Origin: an uncultured virus (IMG/VR IMGVR_UViG_3300009376_000008)
Lineage: Duplodnaviria > Heunggongvirae > Uroviricota > Caudoviricetes
Length of the DNA stretch: 64,000 bases
IMG/VR virus record: IMGVR_UViG_3300009376_000008
Strand: one strand, 5' to 3'
Shown here: positions 46,170 through 55,876 of the stretch, one piece after another
Layout of the letters: every line of letters starts with the position of its first letter
How positions within the stretch are numbered: position 1 is the first letter of the stretch
Program-made: the position numbers and the translations under genes
Notes under the pieces: generated by a model
Database searches by the model: none
Seen by the model: only the letters and a program-made list of their open reading frames with translations
What the model was told of the DNA's origin: nothing

Positions 46170-48083
46170 TTACTCGGGTTTGTTAATGCCAGCAAGAACT
46201 GCCCATCGATCCAGCTCCATCCCACTTTTTGCCGGGGCCGCCGACCGGGTGGATTTGCTTGCAGATCCAGTCCTTAAAGCACCTTCGCTAATACGACCAC
46301 TTCCCGAAGTGCGGCGCTTACGAAGGCTCTCTGTTAGGCTAGTATAAAGCAACTTAGCCTCACGGAGCGTCTTGGCATTATCTAGGGCCTCAACAATTGC
46401 TCTCTGTTGCTTTGTATTAAGGTCATAACTCTGCATAAGCTTGTTTACATAAAGTAGCTTCGCATTAAACAGATTTGATTCCTTTAATTCTTTTCGTACG
46501 GCTTTCGCTTTCCGCTCAGCAAGCTGTGCTCTACGAGCATTCTTGCGTGCAGCGGCTTCAGCGACTTGCGCGCGTCTTGATGTGGGTCGACGACGAGCGG
46601 CTGCTCTACGACGAGCTGCTCTACGGCGGCTCTCGGTAGCTAGATTGGTACCGTCAAGATCAACGGCTCCAGCAGGGCTTGCATCGCCAAATGCGCTTTG
46701 TCCCTTATTGGCATCGCCAGGTGCGTCGTTTTGCTCACCGAGTTCTTCGGCAAGAGCATTAAGGAGTGCTTCTTCAGAAACTTCAATAAAAGGCTCCTGG
46801 CCTGCAGTACCATCACCGAAAGAAGATGCACCGGATCCATCCATTGGACCCTGCTCTTGAAGTCGACGTCTACGACGGAGCGCAGCTCTACGACGACGGG
46901 CAGATTCAGACATTCTACGAGAAGGACGACGACGACGGGCGGCAACCTTACGATTGCGACTCATGCGAGCGATCTCTCGACGAAGCATAGCTTCAGAAAT
47001 CTCAACGATCTCCTCTTTTTCCTCTTCTTCCTCTTCCTCTTCCTCTTCCTTTTCGTCTTCTTCAGCCTCTCTTAAGCCCCACTCTTCAAGATCTTCATCT
47101 TCAAGTTCGAACTCATCTTCGCCTTCAAGGTCTTCTTCGTCTCCGCCGCCATCAACGAGATCCTGCAATTCGTCTGGATCTACACCCAGAACATCTGCAA
47201 CCGCGACGGCTACATCAGACTTGGGCACCATTTCATCATCGCCCTCTTCTTCTTCCATATCTCCAAGCTCGTCATCAAGGCCGTCGAGTTCATCACCACC
47301 GCCCTCAATGTCGTCTTGCTCCATGAGCCACCAGGCTCTTTCAGTAAGCCGGCGCGACCGGCGGGTTTTTCTTCTCGACATTTTCATGCTCTCCTTTAAT
47401 AAAAAATCTAAAGCTTTTAATTTCTTGCGACTAGAAGCATCGCCAGCCTCTGTCATAACTATTAGTCTCTTTCTAATTTTCAAGATCTCTTTCAGTACAG
47501 CGCGCTTCTTTTTAGCTGTTTTTGCCTCGTTAAGACGCGTTACTAGAAATCCTAGCGAATTTTTCTTCAATTGGTATTGACTTCCACCAAATCGCTTCAA
47601 GACATCAGGCGATACATCTAAGACCTTATTAGACTTGGATCCCTCAACTGTGACTGATACTTTAACTTGCTTTCCATCTTTTTCAAAAGAAAATTCTGTG
47701 GGTGCAGCTCCACCGAGACCGTCATCCATTGCATCGAGTGGAAGCTCATCATCCATTAGTTCATCTCCAACGAGATCGTCTGCGGGGGCTCCCATTTCAT
47801 CGGGGGTCAAGGTTGCAGTAAGAACTGCATCATCTTCTGGAGCCAGTGCCGGCTCAACATCAGGCATTTCGTAACCAGCGTCTGCATCTGCAGGGATCGG
47901 TTCCATTTCATCGTCAAGAAGCTCATCGTCAAGATCGACCATTTCATCGTCAAGTAATTCTTGTTCAATCAATCTACGAATCCTCGGAGCAACTGCCTCA
48001 ATAATTTTATTTTTAGCATTCTGCTCAGCCAGCTCTCGAAGTCTGTTTGCTTCAATAACCGCGTCTTTATACATCTTGCTCAT
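46170..48083 (-). CDS. Prohead scaffold/core protein
   Basis: Immediately upstream of the MCP; A..L...AE.NAK N-terminus, acidic tracts, NLFNAKLLYVNKL, AKTLREAKLLY and RWAVLAGI C-terminus; late motif at 48108-48114. Confidence 0.8.
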   Translation of the reverse strand: MSKMYKDAVIEANRLRELAEQNAKNKIIEAVAPRIRRLIEQELLDDEMVDLDDELLDDEMEPIPADADAGYEMPDVEPALAPEDDAVLTATLTPDEMGAPADDLVGDELMDDELPLDAMDDGLGGAAPTEFSFEKDGKQVKVSVTVEGSKSNKVLDVSPDVLKRFGGSQYQLKKNSLGFLVTRLNEAKTAKKKRAVLKEILKIRKRLIVMTEAGDASSRKKLKALDFLLKESMKMSRRKTRRSRRLTERAWWLMEQDDIEGGGDELDGLDDELGDMEEEEGDDEMVPKSDVAVAVADVLGVDPDELQDLVDGGGDEEDLEGEDEFELEDEDLEEWGLREAEEDEKEEEEEEEEEEKEEIVEISEAMLRREIARMSRNRKVAARRRRPSRRMSESARRRRAALRRRRRLQEQGPMDGSGASSFGDGTAGQEPFIEVSEEALLNALAEELGEQNDAPGDANKGQSAFGDASPAGAVDLDGTNLATESRRRAARRRAAARRRPTSRRAQVAEAAARKNARRAQLAERKAKAVRKELKESNLFNAKLLYVNKLMQSYDLNTKQQRAIVEALDNAKTLREAKLLYTSLTESLRKRRTSGSGRISEGALRTGSASKSTRSAAPAKSGMELDRWAVLAGINKPE

Positions 48084-48145
48084 AAGATTTTCTCCAATAT
48101 ACTAAGTTAATTATGATAGATTAAGCCAAACTTAAGTAACATTCA

Positions 48146-48373
48146 CTAATTCTTTTTGTTTGACCGTCTTTTTCCCAAATATCGCTTGCGTCTGTTACGC
48201 TGCCCTTTGGTAATCGGAGCAGACTTATCTTTGAGCTCCTTAAGAATCCCGCTTTTCTTCCATTTTTTCATGAAAGCAGAAACTAACGCGTTGTTTGCCT
48301 CTTCAACTGTTCTCTTGCGTCGCGACGGGCGTTCTTTAACGCAGAAGTTATAACCTTTCCGAATCATTCTCAA
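48146..48373 (-). CDS. rpsU: Divergent ribosomal protein bS21 homolog
   Basis: ALVSAFMKKWKKSGILKELKDK...KGQRNRRKR resembles the bS21 pattern AL++FK+...K.G+L.E++.+...K...R.RK; basic, about 73-75 aa (ATG at 48367 is the likelier start); lies in the head module as in described bS21 phages. Confidence 0.6.
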   Translation of the reverse strand: MRMIRKGYNFCVKERPSRRKRTVEEANNALVSAFMKKWKKSGILKELKDKSAPITKGQRNRRKRYLGKRRSNKKN

Positions 48374-48930
48374 AATCCTAATAAAATTAGTCTAACACAT
48401 TCACGAACCTGCTTCAAAGCCAAATCTTCCAAATTTTCAATCGGCTCTTCAGATTCCATATCCTCACCATACGGCTCATATAAATAAGACCACCCTTCGT
48501 TTTCGCCGGGATCTATTGTTGGCGCCATTGTTGATGCATCCGCCCTTGCAGTTCTTCCAACAAGTTTGCCGCCTGAAGCTGTACGTCTTTTATTCTTGTA
48601 CATACCCGGGACTGGGGAAATTGAATTTGCCACCATAGCTTCACCTAATTTGGTGTTACCTGCAGCATAATAAAACGGGTTAATACCATTTTTGGCCAAA
48701 GGGTCTTGGCCTTGAGGTCCAGTGTTTTTTGCTCTTACATCGTCGATCAATTCATCTTCCACTTCAACGTCGTCAACATCCATCCCTTCGGATTCATCCC
48801 AATAAGGAAAGGTAGAGCCACCCAAAGCCTTTTTAAGGTGATACTTTGGGTTAGCTCTACCATATCCTAAATCATCTCTCGAATCTAAATAACTCTTGGG
48901 AAAATTGCCGCCGCTAAATTTCGATGGCAT
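48370..48930 (-). CDS. Hypothetical head-module protein
   Basis: 186 aa, tightly packed, G/P/D-rich. Confidence 0.65.
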   Translation of the reverse strand: MPSKFSGGNFPKSYLDSRDDLGYGRANPKYHLKKALGGSTFPYWDESEGMDVDDVEVEDELIDDVRAKNTGPQGQDPLAKNGINPFYYAAGNTKLGEAMVANSISPVPGMYKNKRRTASGGKLVGRTARADASTMAPTIDPGENEGWSYLYEPYGEDMESEEPIENLEDLALKQVRECVRLILLGF

Positions 48931-48934
48931 TTTC

Positions 48935-49450
48935 TTAGACCGTTACATAGCCACCGGCTTCTGTAGCGCCACTGTCTCCACCAAGGTATTCCCCGATAGT
49001 GTGTCCAGCAATCTTTGCAGAAGTTTCTGATGGACTTACTGTTCCACCAACACCGGATCCCCAAGTATTTACATCCTTCTCCATGAATCCATCTGGTGGA
49101 TCTGGGACTGTAGTGTAATCAAATCCATCTTCTGGACTTGCAGGGTTAGGTACATAGGGTGTAGCTGGTAATCCGCCACCGCCTGTTTTTACTTCGCTAA
49201 AATCTGGTGCGCCATTATTTGCGTAGTCGCGATCAAATTCTCCGTATGTATGACCGGCATCATTAACTACGCCGTCCATGAGACTGTGATCTCCAGACTG
49301 AGCTCTTGCCTTGATGTCGTCGTCGGCCATTGCATCACCAGCATGAATTGGGCTGGCAGGAAACGCTGAGCGCAACGTGTTTGTGTCGGAAGAACCAAAT
49401 CCTCGATCTGTAACGGGAACTTCTGTCATTAATTGTCTATGTGAAGGCAT
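48935..49450 (-). CDS. Hypothetical head-module protein
   Basis: 171 aa, AAGGAG SD, G/P-rich (PATPYVPNPASP). Confidence 0.7.
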   Translation of the reverse strand: MPSHRQLMTEVPVTDRGFGSSDTNTLRSAFPASPIHAGDAMADDDIKARAQSGDHSLMDGVVNDAGHTYGEFDRDYANNGAPDFSEVKTGGGGLPATPYVPNPASPEDGFDYTTVPDPPDGFMEKDVNTWGSGVGGTVSPSETSAKIAGHTIGEYLGGDSGATEAGGYVTV

Positions 49451-49460
49451 TTATATCTCC

Positions 49461-49760
49461 TTATATCCTTTTAAGAATTTTTCTCTTGACCCGTGATTGA
49501 GCCTCTTTGATTCTCTTTAACTTTCTTCTCAAACGTCGCTCTTGAATCTTTAGCGCTTTGGCGTGGTCGATGTCCTTTTCAAGGGTTTTCGCCTCTTCGC
49601 CAGCCTCATATTCATCAGCCTTAACTTTTTCAGTTGGCTCTAACTTTCCAGATAGGGCCTCTCTTTGGAGTTTTCTAGACTCTGCAACCACTAATTTACG
49701 AAGAGCAGATGAAGTTAGCTTGCGGCTTCTTCGGGCTCTTGTAGATCTTTTCCTTCTCAT
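49461..49760 (-). CDS. Small highly basic protein (possible internal DNA-binding head protein)
   Basis: R/K-rich termini, KLTSSALRKLVVAE motif; late motif at 49780-49786. Confidence 0.7.
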   Translation of the reverse strand: MRRKRSTRARRSRKLTSSALRKLVVAESRKLQREALSGKLEPTEKVKADEYEAGEEAKTLEKDIDHAKALKIQERRLRRKLKRIKEAQSRVKRKILKRI

Positions 49761-49793
49761 TTTAAATCTCCGGTATCTTTAATTATGTATGCT

Positions 49794-50270
49794 TCAATGG
49801 GGTTTTTTACCCTCAGAAAACGCTAAAGTTGCCCAATTTGAAGAACCTTCAAATAAATCCTCTAGATCATTTTCGTGTACTACTTGCGCAGCACCATCCC
49901 CTGGAACGTAACTAGACCGACCTGCGGATGCACTACGGTCATTTGCAATCATTTTTGGTAAAGTAGTATTGGCGGTATCTGCAAAAATTTGAGCCATGAC
50001 TGGATCATTGGTGACGCCGCCCATAAAATCCTCTGCCTGTTTGGCAGGAGGAGCCTTCTGAATTATTTTTTCATTTAGCATCTTTTTTCTAGCTTGCATT
50101 TTTTTAATCATCTCATTATTTCCTTTCGAGCGAGACGATCGGCGAGATTTTGGTGCTGCAACCTCTTGCAAAGCTTCACTGGGGTCATCGTCGTAAAGGC
50201 CTTCCATAAGGATCTCTACAAGACATTCCTTTACTAAATCTTTAAGTACTGAACGTTTTACTTTAGCCAT
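49794..50270 (-). CDS. Hypothetical head-module protein
   Basis: VKRSVLKDLVKECLVEILMEG N-terminal motif; AGGAAG SD. Confidence 0.7.
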   Translation of the reverse strand: MAKVKRSVLKDLVKECLVEILMEGLYDDDPSEALQEVAAPKSRRSSRSKGNNEMIKKMQARKKMLNEKIIQKAPPAKQAEDFMGGVTNDPVMAQIFADTANTTLPKMIANDRSASAGRSSYVPGDGAAQVVHENDLEDLFEGSSNWATLAFSEGKKPH

Positions 50271-50278
50271 TTCTCTTC

Positions 50279-50809
50279 CTATGCGGCCGCAATACTATAG
50301 ATAGCGGCCTGGGCTGCAACAGTCGCTGTCCCAGTAACGGCAGCCTCCTGAGTAATTCCTGTCAAATCTTCAGTTATCTCAACTGGCGGGAAAGTTCTGA
50401 CGTTTGTTAAGCCTGCTACTAAATTAATAACGCAGTCATTTTGTCCGCTAGGAACAAAGATCTTAATAATCTTGCACTTAAGCTCCAAAGGCGTCGTAAT
50501 CGCAGTCATTACAGGGGCTGTAATATAGTTTGCGCCTTGAACACCTTTGGATCCGCTAACATCGCCAAATCCTACCCTGCAGGTTCCAGCGCTAGATACA
50601 ACACTTAGCTTAATCCACCTGGAAACATAAGGGAGCGTAATTGTTATAACAGAGTCAGCACTAACTGTACCTACAGATTTGTAAAAAACAAAAGGAACAC
50701 CGCTAGAAATGTATTCACTGGCCATGTTATGATCTGGGTACGGCGTATCGATTCCGCCTGGGAAATATCCCACCCTTTGTTCGTCAAAATATTTTCCTTC
50801 ATTAGCCAT
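50279..50809 (-). CDS. Hypothetical (probable virion beta-sandwich) protein
   Basis: 176 aa, EY..SG.P, P.VSRWI motif; directly after the protease. Confidence 0.65.
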   Translation of the reverse strand: MANEGKYFDEQRVGYFPGGIDTPYPDHNMASEYISSGVPFVFYKSVGTVSADSVITITLPYVSRWIKLSVVSSAGTCRVGFGDVSGSKGVQGANYITAPVMTAITTPLELKCKIIKIFVPSGQNDCVINLVAGLTNVRTFPPVEITEDLTGITQEAAVTGTATVAAQAAIYSIAAA

Positions 50810-51420
50810 TATTCATCACTCCATGTCAAAATTTCATTAAAAATTCGATCTACTCTATCTGATTTATTGAAATGCTTGTTAAGATCAGACCTACTAATTT
50901 CTCGACCCTCTCGCATCATAAATGCACCAGGGGTTGAAGGCTCTGAGACAAAGTCCCAACAGATAAGCTGAAAATCATCTTGGACAACTTGATGCTCACC
51001 TTCTCTCCTAGTTGAACCGACACCACGAGATGAAATGCCTAACGTGACGCCAGACTCTACTAGCGATTTAAGAATTTGACCGGATGGAGTTTCTAAAATT
51101 TCAACTGTGCCATAACACGTTTCGCCATCCATATACGCTTCCCTAACAATGTGGGATGCATTCTTTAATTCTACAACAGACGAATCAGGATGGTCTAATT
51201 CACCGAGGGCTCTATTTTCTTTGATAAACTTCTGATAGTTGCGTACTTCTCGTTCCAAAACTTCCATCGGGTAAACACGGCCGTTCTGATTAAGGGTGTT
51301 TGCTTTTTGCAAAACTCCTTTCATTACAAGTCGTCCGCCATTGACCCCAGCGTCTTCGTTAAGGGCCTCTTTATCATATTCCCATGGAGACCATTCCGTT
51401 AAAATCTTTAGCTTGTTCAT
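50809..51420 (-). CDS. Prohead maturation protease (T4 gp21-like)
   Basis: NQNGRVYP, ALGELDHP, SHIV, TPSGQIL, GISSRGVGS, DFVSEPSTPGA. Confidence 0.95.
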   Translation of the reverse strand: MNKLKILTEWSPWEYDKEALNEDAGVNGGRLVMKGVLQKANTLNQNGRVYPMEVLEREVRNYQKFIKENRALGELDHPDSSVVELKNASHIVREAYMDGETCYGTVEILETPSGQILKSLVESGVTLGISSRGVGSTRREGEHQVVQDDFQLICWDFVSEPSTPGAFMMREGREISRSDLNKHFNKSDRVDRIFNEILTWSDE

Positions 51421-52259
51421 AATAGTTCTCCCCCCAGCTCGTCTTTAATCCTACACATAATTAGTGCCTTAGAGACTAAATCATCGTTTAAATTTTCAAA
51501 CGAAACTTCCTTGATTTCGGATAGAACATCAGCAATCTTAGCATCAATAACTTTGTTGTCATTTTCTGATTGAAATTTAGTAATTTCTGTTATAGCAGAA
51601 ACCTGGACAGCTTTACACATTTTTCCAAGCTTTTCAGAACCTTTGTTAAACGACCACTCTTTTAAAATGGCAATCTGCCTAGTTGTTAGCTCTTCCGAAT
51701 ATAGGGAATTAAATTTGTCTGTCATAATCTTCAAGACCAAGGGATTGACTTCCGGATCTTTCATTTCTTCTAAGTTTTTAACCTCTTTATTTTCTAACAA
51801 AATTGCATGAACTTTGTTTTCGTATTCATTTAAAAACTTAGGATCAGCCGCATCCCATTTTCGATACTCGTCTAATAGCCTCTGGATAGTGGCTAAATTC
51901 CTATAGTTCGAAATTTTAGTTTTATAAAAATCTGGGCCTAAAGAATGGTTTATTTCTTTAATAAGCCTTGATCTTTCTAAACTTAATCTTTTTGATTTAA
52001 TTCTTCTGGCGGCATTTCTTGTTTCGCCTAAAATTCTTGTAGCTAAAGAATCTGCCTTAATGTTGGTTACAGCCAGTGAATTTAGTAACCTAAATTCCTT
52101 ATACAATTCTGATTCTTTTGAATAGTTTCTTTTAAGGATTTTTTTAATCTTACGAAACTCTGTATCGTTATTCTCTATAAGCGCTTCGCTTAGTTTCAGC
52201 ACTAACTGCTCATAGATAATCCCGACATTTCTTTTTTTGTTGTGGGATCTTTTTGCCAT
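51417..52259 (-). CDS. Hypothetical helical protein between portal and protease
   Basis: 280 aa, HNKKRNVGIIYEQL N-terminus; tight junctions with both neighbours. Confidence 0.7.
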   Translation of the reverse strand: MAKRSHNKKRNVGIIYEQLVLKLSEALIENNDTEFRKIKKILKRNYSKESELYKEFRLLNSLAVTNIKADSLATRILGETRNAARRIKSKRLSLERSRLIKEINHSLGPDFYKTKISNYRNLATIQRLLDEYRKWDAADPKFLNEYENKVHAILLENKEVKNLEEMKDPEVNPLVLKIMTDKFNSLYSEELTTRQIAILKEWSFNKGSEKLGKMCKAVQVSAITEITKFQSENDNKVIDAKIADVLSEIKEVSFENLNDDLVSKALIMCRIKDELGGELL

Positions 52260-54277
52260 TATGTTTCTCCGTGATCGTCGTCTTCTTTCAAATCAATGTC
52301 TAAACCTAAATCTAATTCTTCGTCAACGTCTTCTTTAAGAACTGTAGGACGATTACCTACTATTTCTTCAAATTTGGCCAACGTTTCTTTCATCCTGAAA
52401 TCTAAACGAGGTTTCTCCACAGATAAGTATTCGCTCCGTTGGTCAAAAAGTGCATCAGCTAATTTTCCTTCTTTAAAAGCTTTCCCTAAAAAATCTTCAT
52501 CATATGGCTTATTGGACGTATCTTGGGGCCGAGCTGTTCGGCCAGTTGATGACATCTTAAGGAAATCCGGAAAATGAGCGTCTCTTCTTTTTAATTTTCT
52601 CTGTTTTAATTTTCCACCAAATACATTTTTAGGTTCAGAAGAAGGCCTAACTAAATCCTGGTCTTCTGGGTCGAACTCAATATCGTCTAAATCGTCTAAT
52701 GAATCTTCGTCTAACGAATCTTCGTCGACGTCAGCTTCCTGAAATTCTTCAGTCTTTTTATCTTTAGGAACGCCCGTTAATAGCCTAAGATCTTTAGGAA
52801 CATCTCCGGCAAATAATCCGCCGCCGCCTTCGTCTTCGCCGCCGCCTTCTTCACCACCACCTTCTTCGCCGCCGCCACCAGGAGCAGTCGCACCCTCTAA
52901 CTCAAGGTCTGACAGTTTGTCGTCCATCTTTTCATCTTCGATCGTCTGAATCTCATCTCTCGTGAAGCCCATTACATTTCTTCGAATCCATGCTCGTGAT
53001 ACAAGGCCTTCGGGAGCCGCTCCAGCAATCGTAAACTTAGTGTTGATTAATTCTAATTTCTGCTGTTGCGCAACGGCCGAAGGGTTAGATAATTGCAACT
53101 CGAATTCAAGTAAGTCATCATCTTCAAATCCATGTGAGTAGAGATGAATCATTGCAATCTTGTTTAACTCTGCAACAATGGTTTTTTGAATCCTTTGAAT
53201 AGTTCTCGAAAAACGAATATCTTCCTGGGCTAAGGTTGCCTTTGAGCCGATCTCTTCATCATAGCCGAGATACGCTTTTGGGATTTTTAATGCAGCGAAA
53301 AGTTTTTTCTGAACATACTCTACATCTTCGATAGCCGCAGTATTAGAGCCTCCAGCCAAAGTATCAATCTTTGTACCACTATCACCGCCACGAACAGGGA
53401 TAAAATAGTCTTCATCTACGCTTAATGGGTTATATCTTAGATCAACCTGGCCGGTAGTTTTATTTACAACGCTATTTCTTTTCAAAGATGTTCTTGCTTG
53501 CTCAATGTAATTAGAAACATCTTCTGGCGGCACATTTCCTACGTCAATATAAAAAACACGACGTTCGGGTGCACGGATGACGCGATAGACAAGCATCGCA
53601 TCCTCGATAAGAATTAGCTGACGCCAAATACGCCTTGCAGACTCAAGAACAGAAGAGCCATAAGGCAGAAAGGCATCGTTACCGAGCAAACGAAAGTGAG
53701 CAATTTGCCAATTTTCTAGGACCTGATTCCCTTGAGTAACCCAGCGAAACCGAACAGCTGATGGGTTATCTGGGTCGAATCCTTCTTCTCGTTCCATTTC
53801 TGTAATTGGAATTGGATAAGCATTAATTACCCCAAACTCTGGGGAGACATCATTAAAAATAAAGAAATCGCCGTATTTAACAAGGTTTCTTACCCACATA
53901 ACAAGATTAAAATTTACATTCAGTGTATCGTAAAACAAAGTTTCAAGGAGTTCTTTAATTTTACGATTTTCAGAATAAATGTGAAGACATCTACCGTTGG
54001 CGTCTGGGGATACACATTCTTCTGCATAAATATCTAAAGCAGAAGCAATCTCAGGAGTAGCCTCCATCTCCGAAAAATCGGAATATCTTGCCATTCTATC
54101 AAATGTACCATACGCTGATAACGTAGAATTATAGACATCTGAATGATGTCTTTTAAATAATTCAACTGCCGAACTGGCATTTTTATCAGCCTTGGAATAA
54201 TTTTTAACACGCCGCTTAATCGACGGCCCAGTGGCAAATAACTTAGTTAATCTTCTAAATAAATTTTCTTCAGCCAT
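52259..54277 (-). CDS. Portal protein (T4 gp20-like)
   Basis: PEIASALDIYA, LIEDAMLVYRVIRAPERRVFYIDVGN, EDYFIPVRG, IDTLAGG, DVEY..KKLF.ALK.P; acidic low-complexity C-tail. Confidence 0.95.
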   Translation of the reverse strand: MAEENLFRRLTKLFATGPSIKRRVKNYSKADKNASSAVELFKRHHSDVYNSTLSAYGTFDRMARYSDFSEMEATPEIASALDIYAEECVSPDANGRCLHIYSENRKIKELLETLFYDTLNVNFNLVMWVRNLVKYGDFFIFNDVSPEFGVINAYPIPITEMEREEGFDPDNPSAVRFRWVTQGNQVLENWQIAHFRLLGNDAFLPYGSSVLESARRIWRQLILIEDAMLVYRVIRAPERRVFYIDVGNVPPEDVSNYIEQARTSLKRNSVVNKTTGQVDLRYNPLSVDEDYFIPVRGGDSGTKIDTLAGGSNTAAIEDVEYVQKKLFAALKIPKAYLGYDEEIGSKATLAQEDIRFSRTIQRIQKTIVAELNKIAMIHLYSHGFEDDDLLEFELQLSNPSAVAQQQKLELINTKFTIAGAAPEGLVSRAWIRRNVMGFTRDEIQTIEDEKMDDKLSDLELEGATAPGGGGEEGGGEEGGGEDEGGGGLFAGDVPKDLRLLTGVPKDKKTEEFQEADVDEDSLDEDSLDDLDDIEFDPEDQDLVRPSSEPKNVFGGKLKQRKLKRRDAHFPDFLKMSSTGRTARPQDTSNKPYDEDFLGKAFKEGKLADALFDQRSEYLSVEKPRLDFRMKETLAKFEEIVGNRPTVLKEDVDEELDLGLDIDLKEDDDHGET

Positions 54278-54286
54278 TCTTTAAAC

Positions 54287-55876
54287 CTACTCTAAAAGCC
54301 ATTTTAAATCAGCCATGGGGTCTCCCTCTGATGGCCATTTTTTTCTAACGTCAGGGGTATAATTATTTCCATCGGTAGTAATGGCGGAATCTTTTAATAC
54401 TGTATCACCTATTTGTGTTGAGTTAACACCAAAACCTTCAAGCATTGCCTTATTTATGTCAACTGTCTGTTTATGGTATTTTGGATCAGTGTCATATAAC
54501 CAAACACCTATAGCCAAAGAAAGAACTAAATCATCATTCGCACCCTTCCTAGCCTGGGCTTTGTTGTTTTTCCAAACGAATGTCTTAAGCTCTTCGTAAA
54601 ACCTAGAAGAGTGAATCCGAACTTGGCGTTTTCTTAATACCTCTTCGAGCTTTGTCAAAATTTGATTTCTGCTTTTGCCCGACGTTGTAAAGCCTATTTT
54701 TGATAAATCTACATCGCCGTACATTGCAGCATATCGATCCTTTTCGTTTACAAAATATAGGTTACGATAATCTAATTCTCTTAACTTCATAATAACGGCA
54801 TACCCGTATGTGTTATTCTCAGGGCAAATCAGAGCATCGCAGTATCTTCTACCGGCCTCTGCTAAAATAGAAGCAAATCTATCAGGAGGGGCCTTTCCTT
54901 TATATTCGCATACTACTTCAGATGTATCTGTATCGATTACGTGAAATGTAGAATAATCTGCAGCATCTCCGCGGGCCACATCTGCAGAAATAACGTACTT
55001 GTGAGAGGTTAAAGGGTATTTCCATGTCCAAACGTTCATGCCCGGACCCCATTTTTCTAATGGGGGTTTAATCCACCCTCTAAGAAATTCAATATCCTCA
55101 CTTTGCAAAAAGGTATCACCGGATGCCTGGAAATCACACAAGAGTTCTTGCGCAATCTGTCTAGCGGACATGTTTTTCGTTTCTGAATCAAACCAATCCT
55201 CATTTCGATCTGGGTGGACATCCCATGGGAGCTTGATAGGATTAAATTCGTTCTCCTGCTCGATCGCTTTCATCCACAATTCATAATATTGGCCACCGAC
55301 GCCATTCGGAGTAGACAGTACTATGGCGCGGCCGCCAGTCGACAACGTTGGATATAAGCCCATCCATAGGGTATCGAAGTTCCTAACAAAGGCAGCCTCA
55401 TCCACAATCAATAAGGACAGCGCTTCAGAACGGCCAGCATCCTCAGAAGTTGGGATTGCTTTTACAACAGAGCCATTAGAAAATTCAATTGCTTGTTTGT
55501 TGTTGTTTACGATCTCTGGCAACAGAAGCCAGGGCGGCATTGATCTAATGCAATATTTTACTTTCCTAATAAAGTTTTGAGCTACAGATAACTTAGTTGC
55601 AATAACAAGAACATTCTTGTTTTTTCTAAACAGCGTTAGCCAAGTAGCATAACCAGCAGTAATAGTAGATAATCCTAGCTGTCTAGATTTCAGAATTATG
55701 TTAAAGCGATTTTCTTGAAACGCCTCTACACAATCATCTTGAAAATCATATGTCTTAAAAGGAATAGCGCCCTGTGTAGGATGCTGAATCTTTACATACT
55801 TGTTGAAGAAATAAATCGGATCCTTACCGCACCTAACTATTTCCTTGATTTGGCGCTGTTTATTTGTAATGGCCAT
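54287..55876 (-). CDS. Terminase large subunit (T4 gp17-like)
   Basis: DPIYF, KSRQLGLST (Walker A), LLIVDEAAF (Walker B), LSTPNG, ADVARG...DYS, ENN, DDLVLS. Confidence 0.95.
   Translation of the reverse strand: MAITNKQRQIKEIVRCGKDPIYFFNKYVKIQHPTQGAIPFKTYDFQDDCVEAFQENRFNIILKSRQLGLSTITAGYATWLTLFRKNKNVLVIATKLSVAQNFIRKVKYCIRSMPPWLLLPEIVNNNKQAIEFSNGSVVKAIPTSEDAGRSEALSLLIVDEAAFVRNFDTLWMGLYPTLSTGGRAIVLSTPNGVGGQYYELWMKAIEQENEFNPIKLPWDVHPDRNEDWFDSETKNMSARQIAQELLCDFQASGDTFLQSEDIEFLRGWIKPPLEKWGPGMNVWTWKYPLTSHKYVISADVARGDAADYSTFHVIDTDTSEVVCEYKGKAPPDRFASILAEAGRRYCDALICPENNTYGYAVIMKLRELDYRNLYFVNEKDRYAAMYGDVDLSKIGFTTSGKSRNQILTKLEEVLRKRQVRIHSSRFYEELKTFVWKNNKAQARKGANDDLVLSLAIGVWLYDTDPKYHKQTVDINKAMLEGFGVNSTQIGDTVLKDSAITTDGNNYTPDVRKKWPSEGDPMADLKWLLE

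Noticed and set aside
46543..47874. Ser-rich and Arg/Ala-rich plus-strand ORFs (e.g. 46954..47580)
   Set aside because: Mirror images of GAA/GAT and CGT codon runs in the scaffold gene
52680..52880. Short tandem repeats (GGGEE x3, DEDSL x2) in the portal C-terminus
   Set aside because: Ordinary low-complexity coding sequence
15699..54366. Extra ATAATTA matches inside mini-PolA (15699-15705) and terL (54360-54366)
   Set aside because: They lie 73-83 nt from the next start, within AT-rich coding sequence; could be chance, so not counted as promoters
7627..55876. Inteins or introns in RNR, helicase, RecA, terminase or MCP
   Set aside because: Lengths are ordinary, core motifs are contiguous, and no splice-junction or homing-endonuclease motifs were seen
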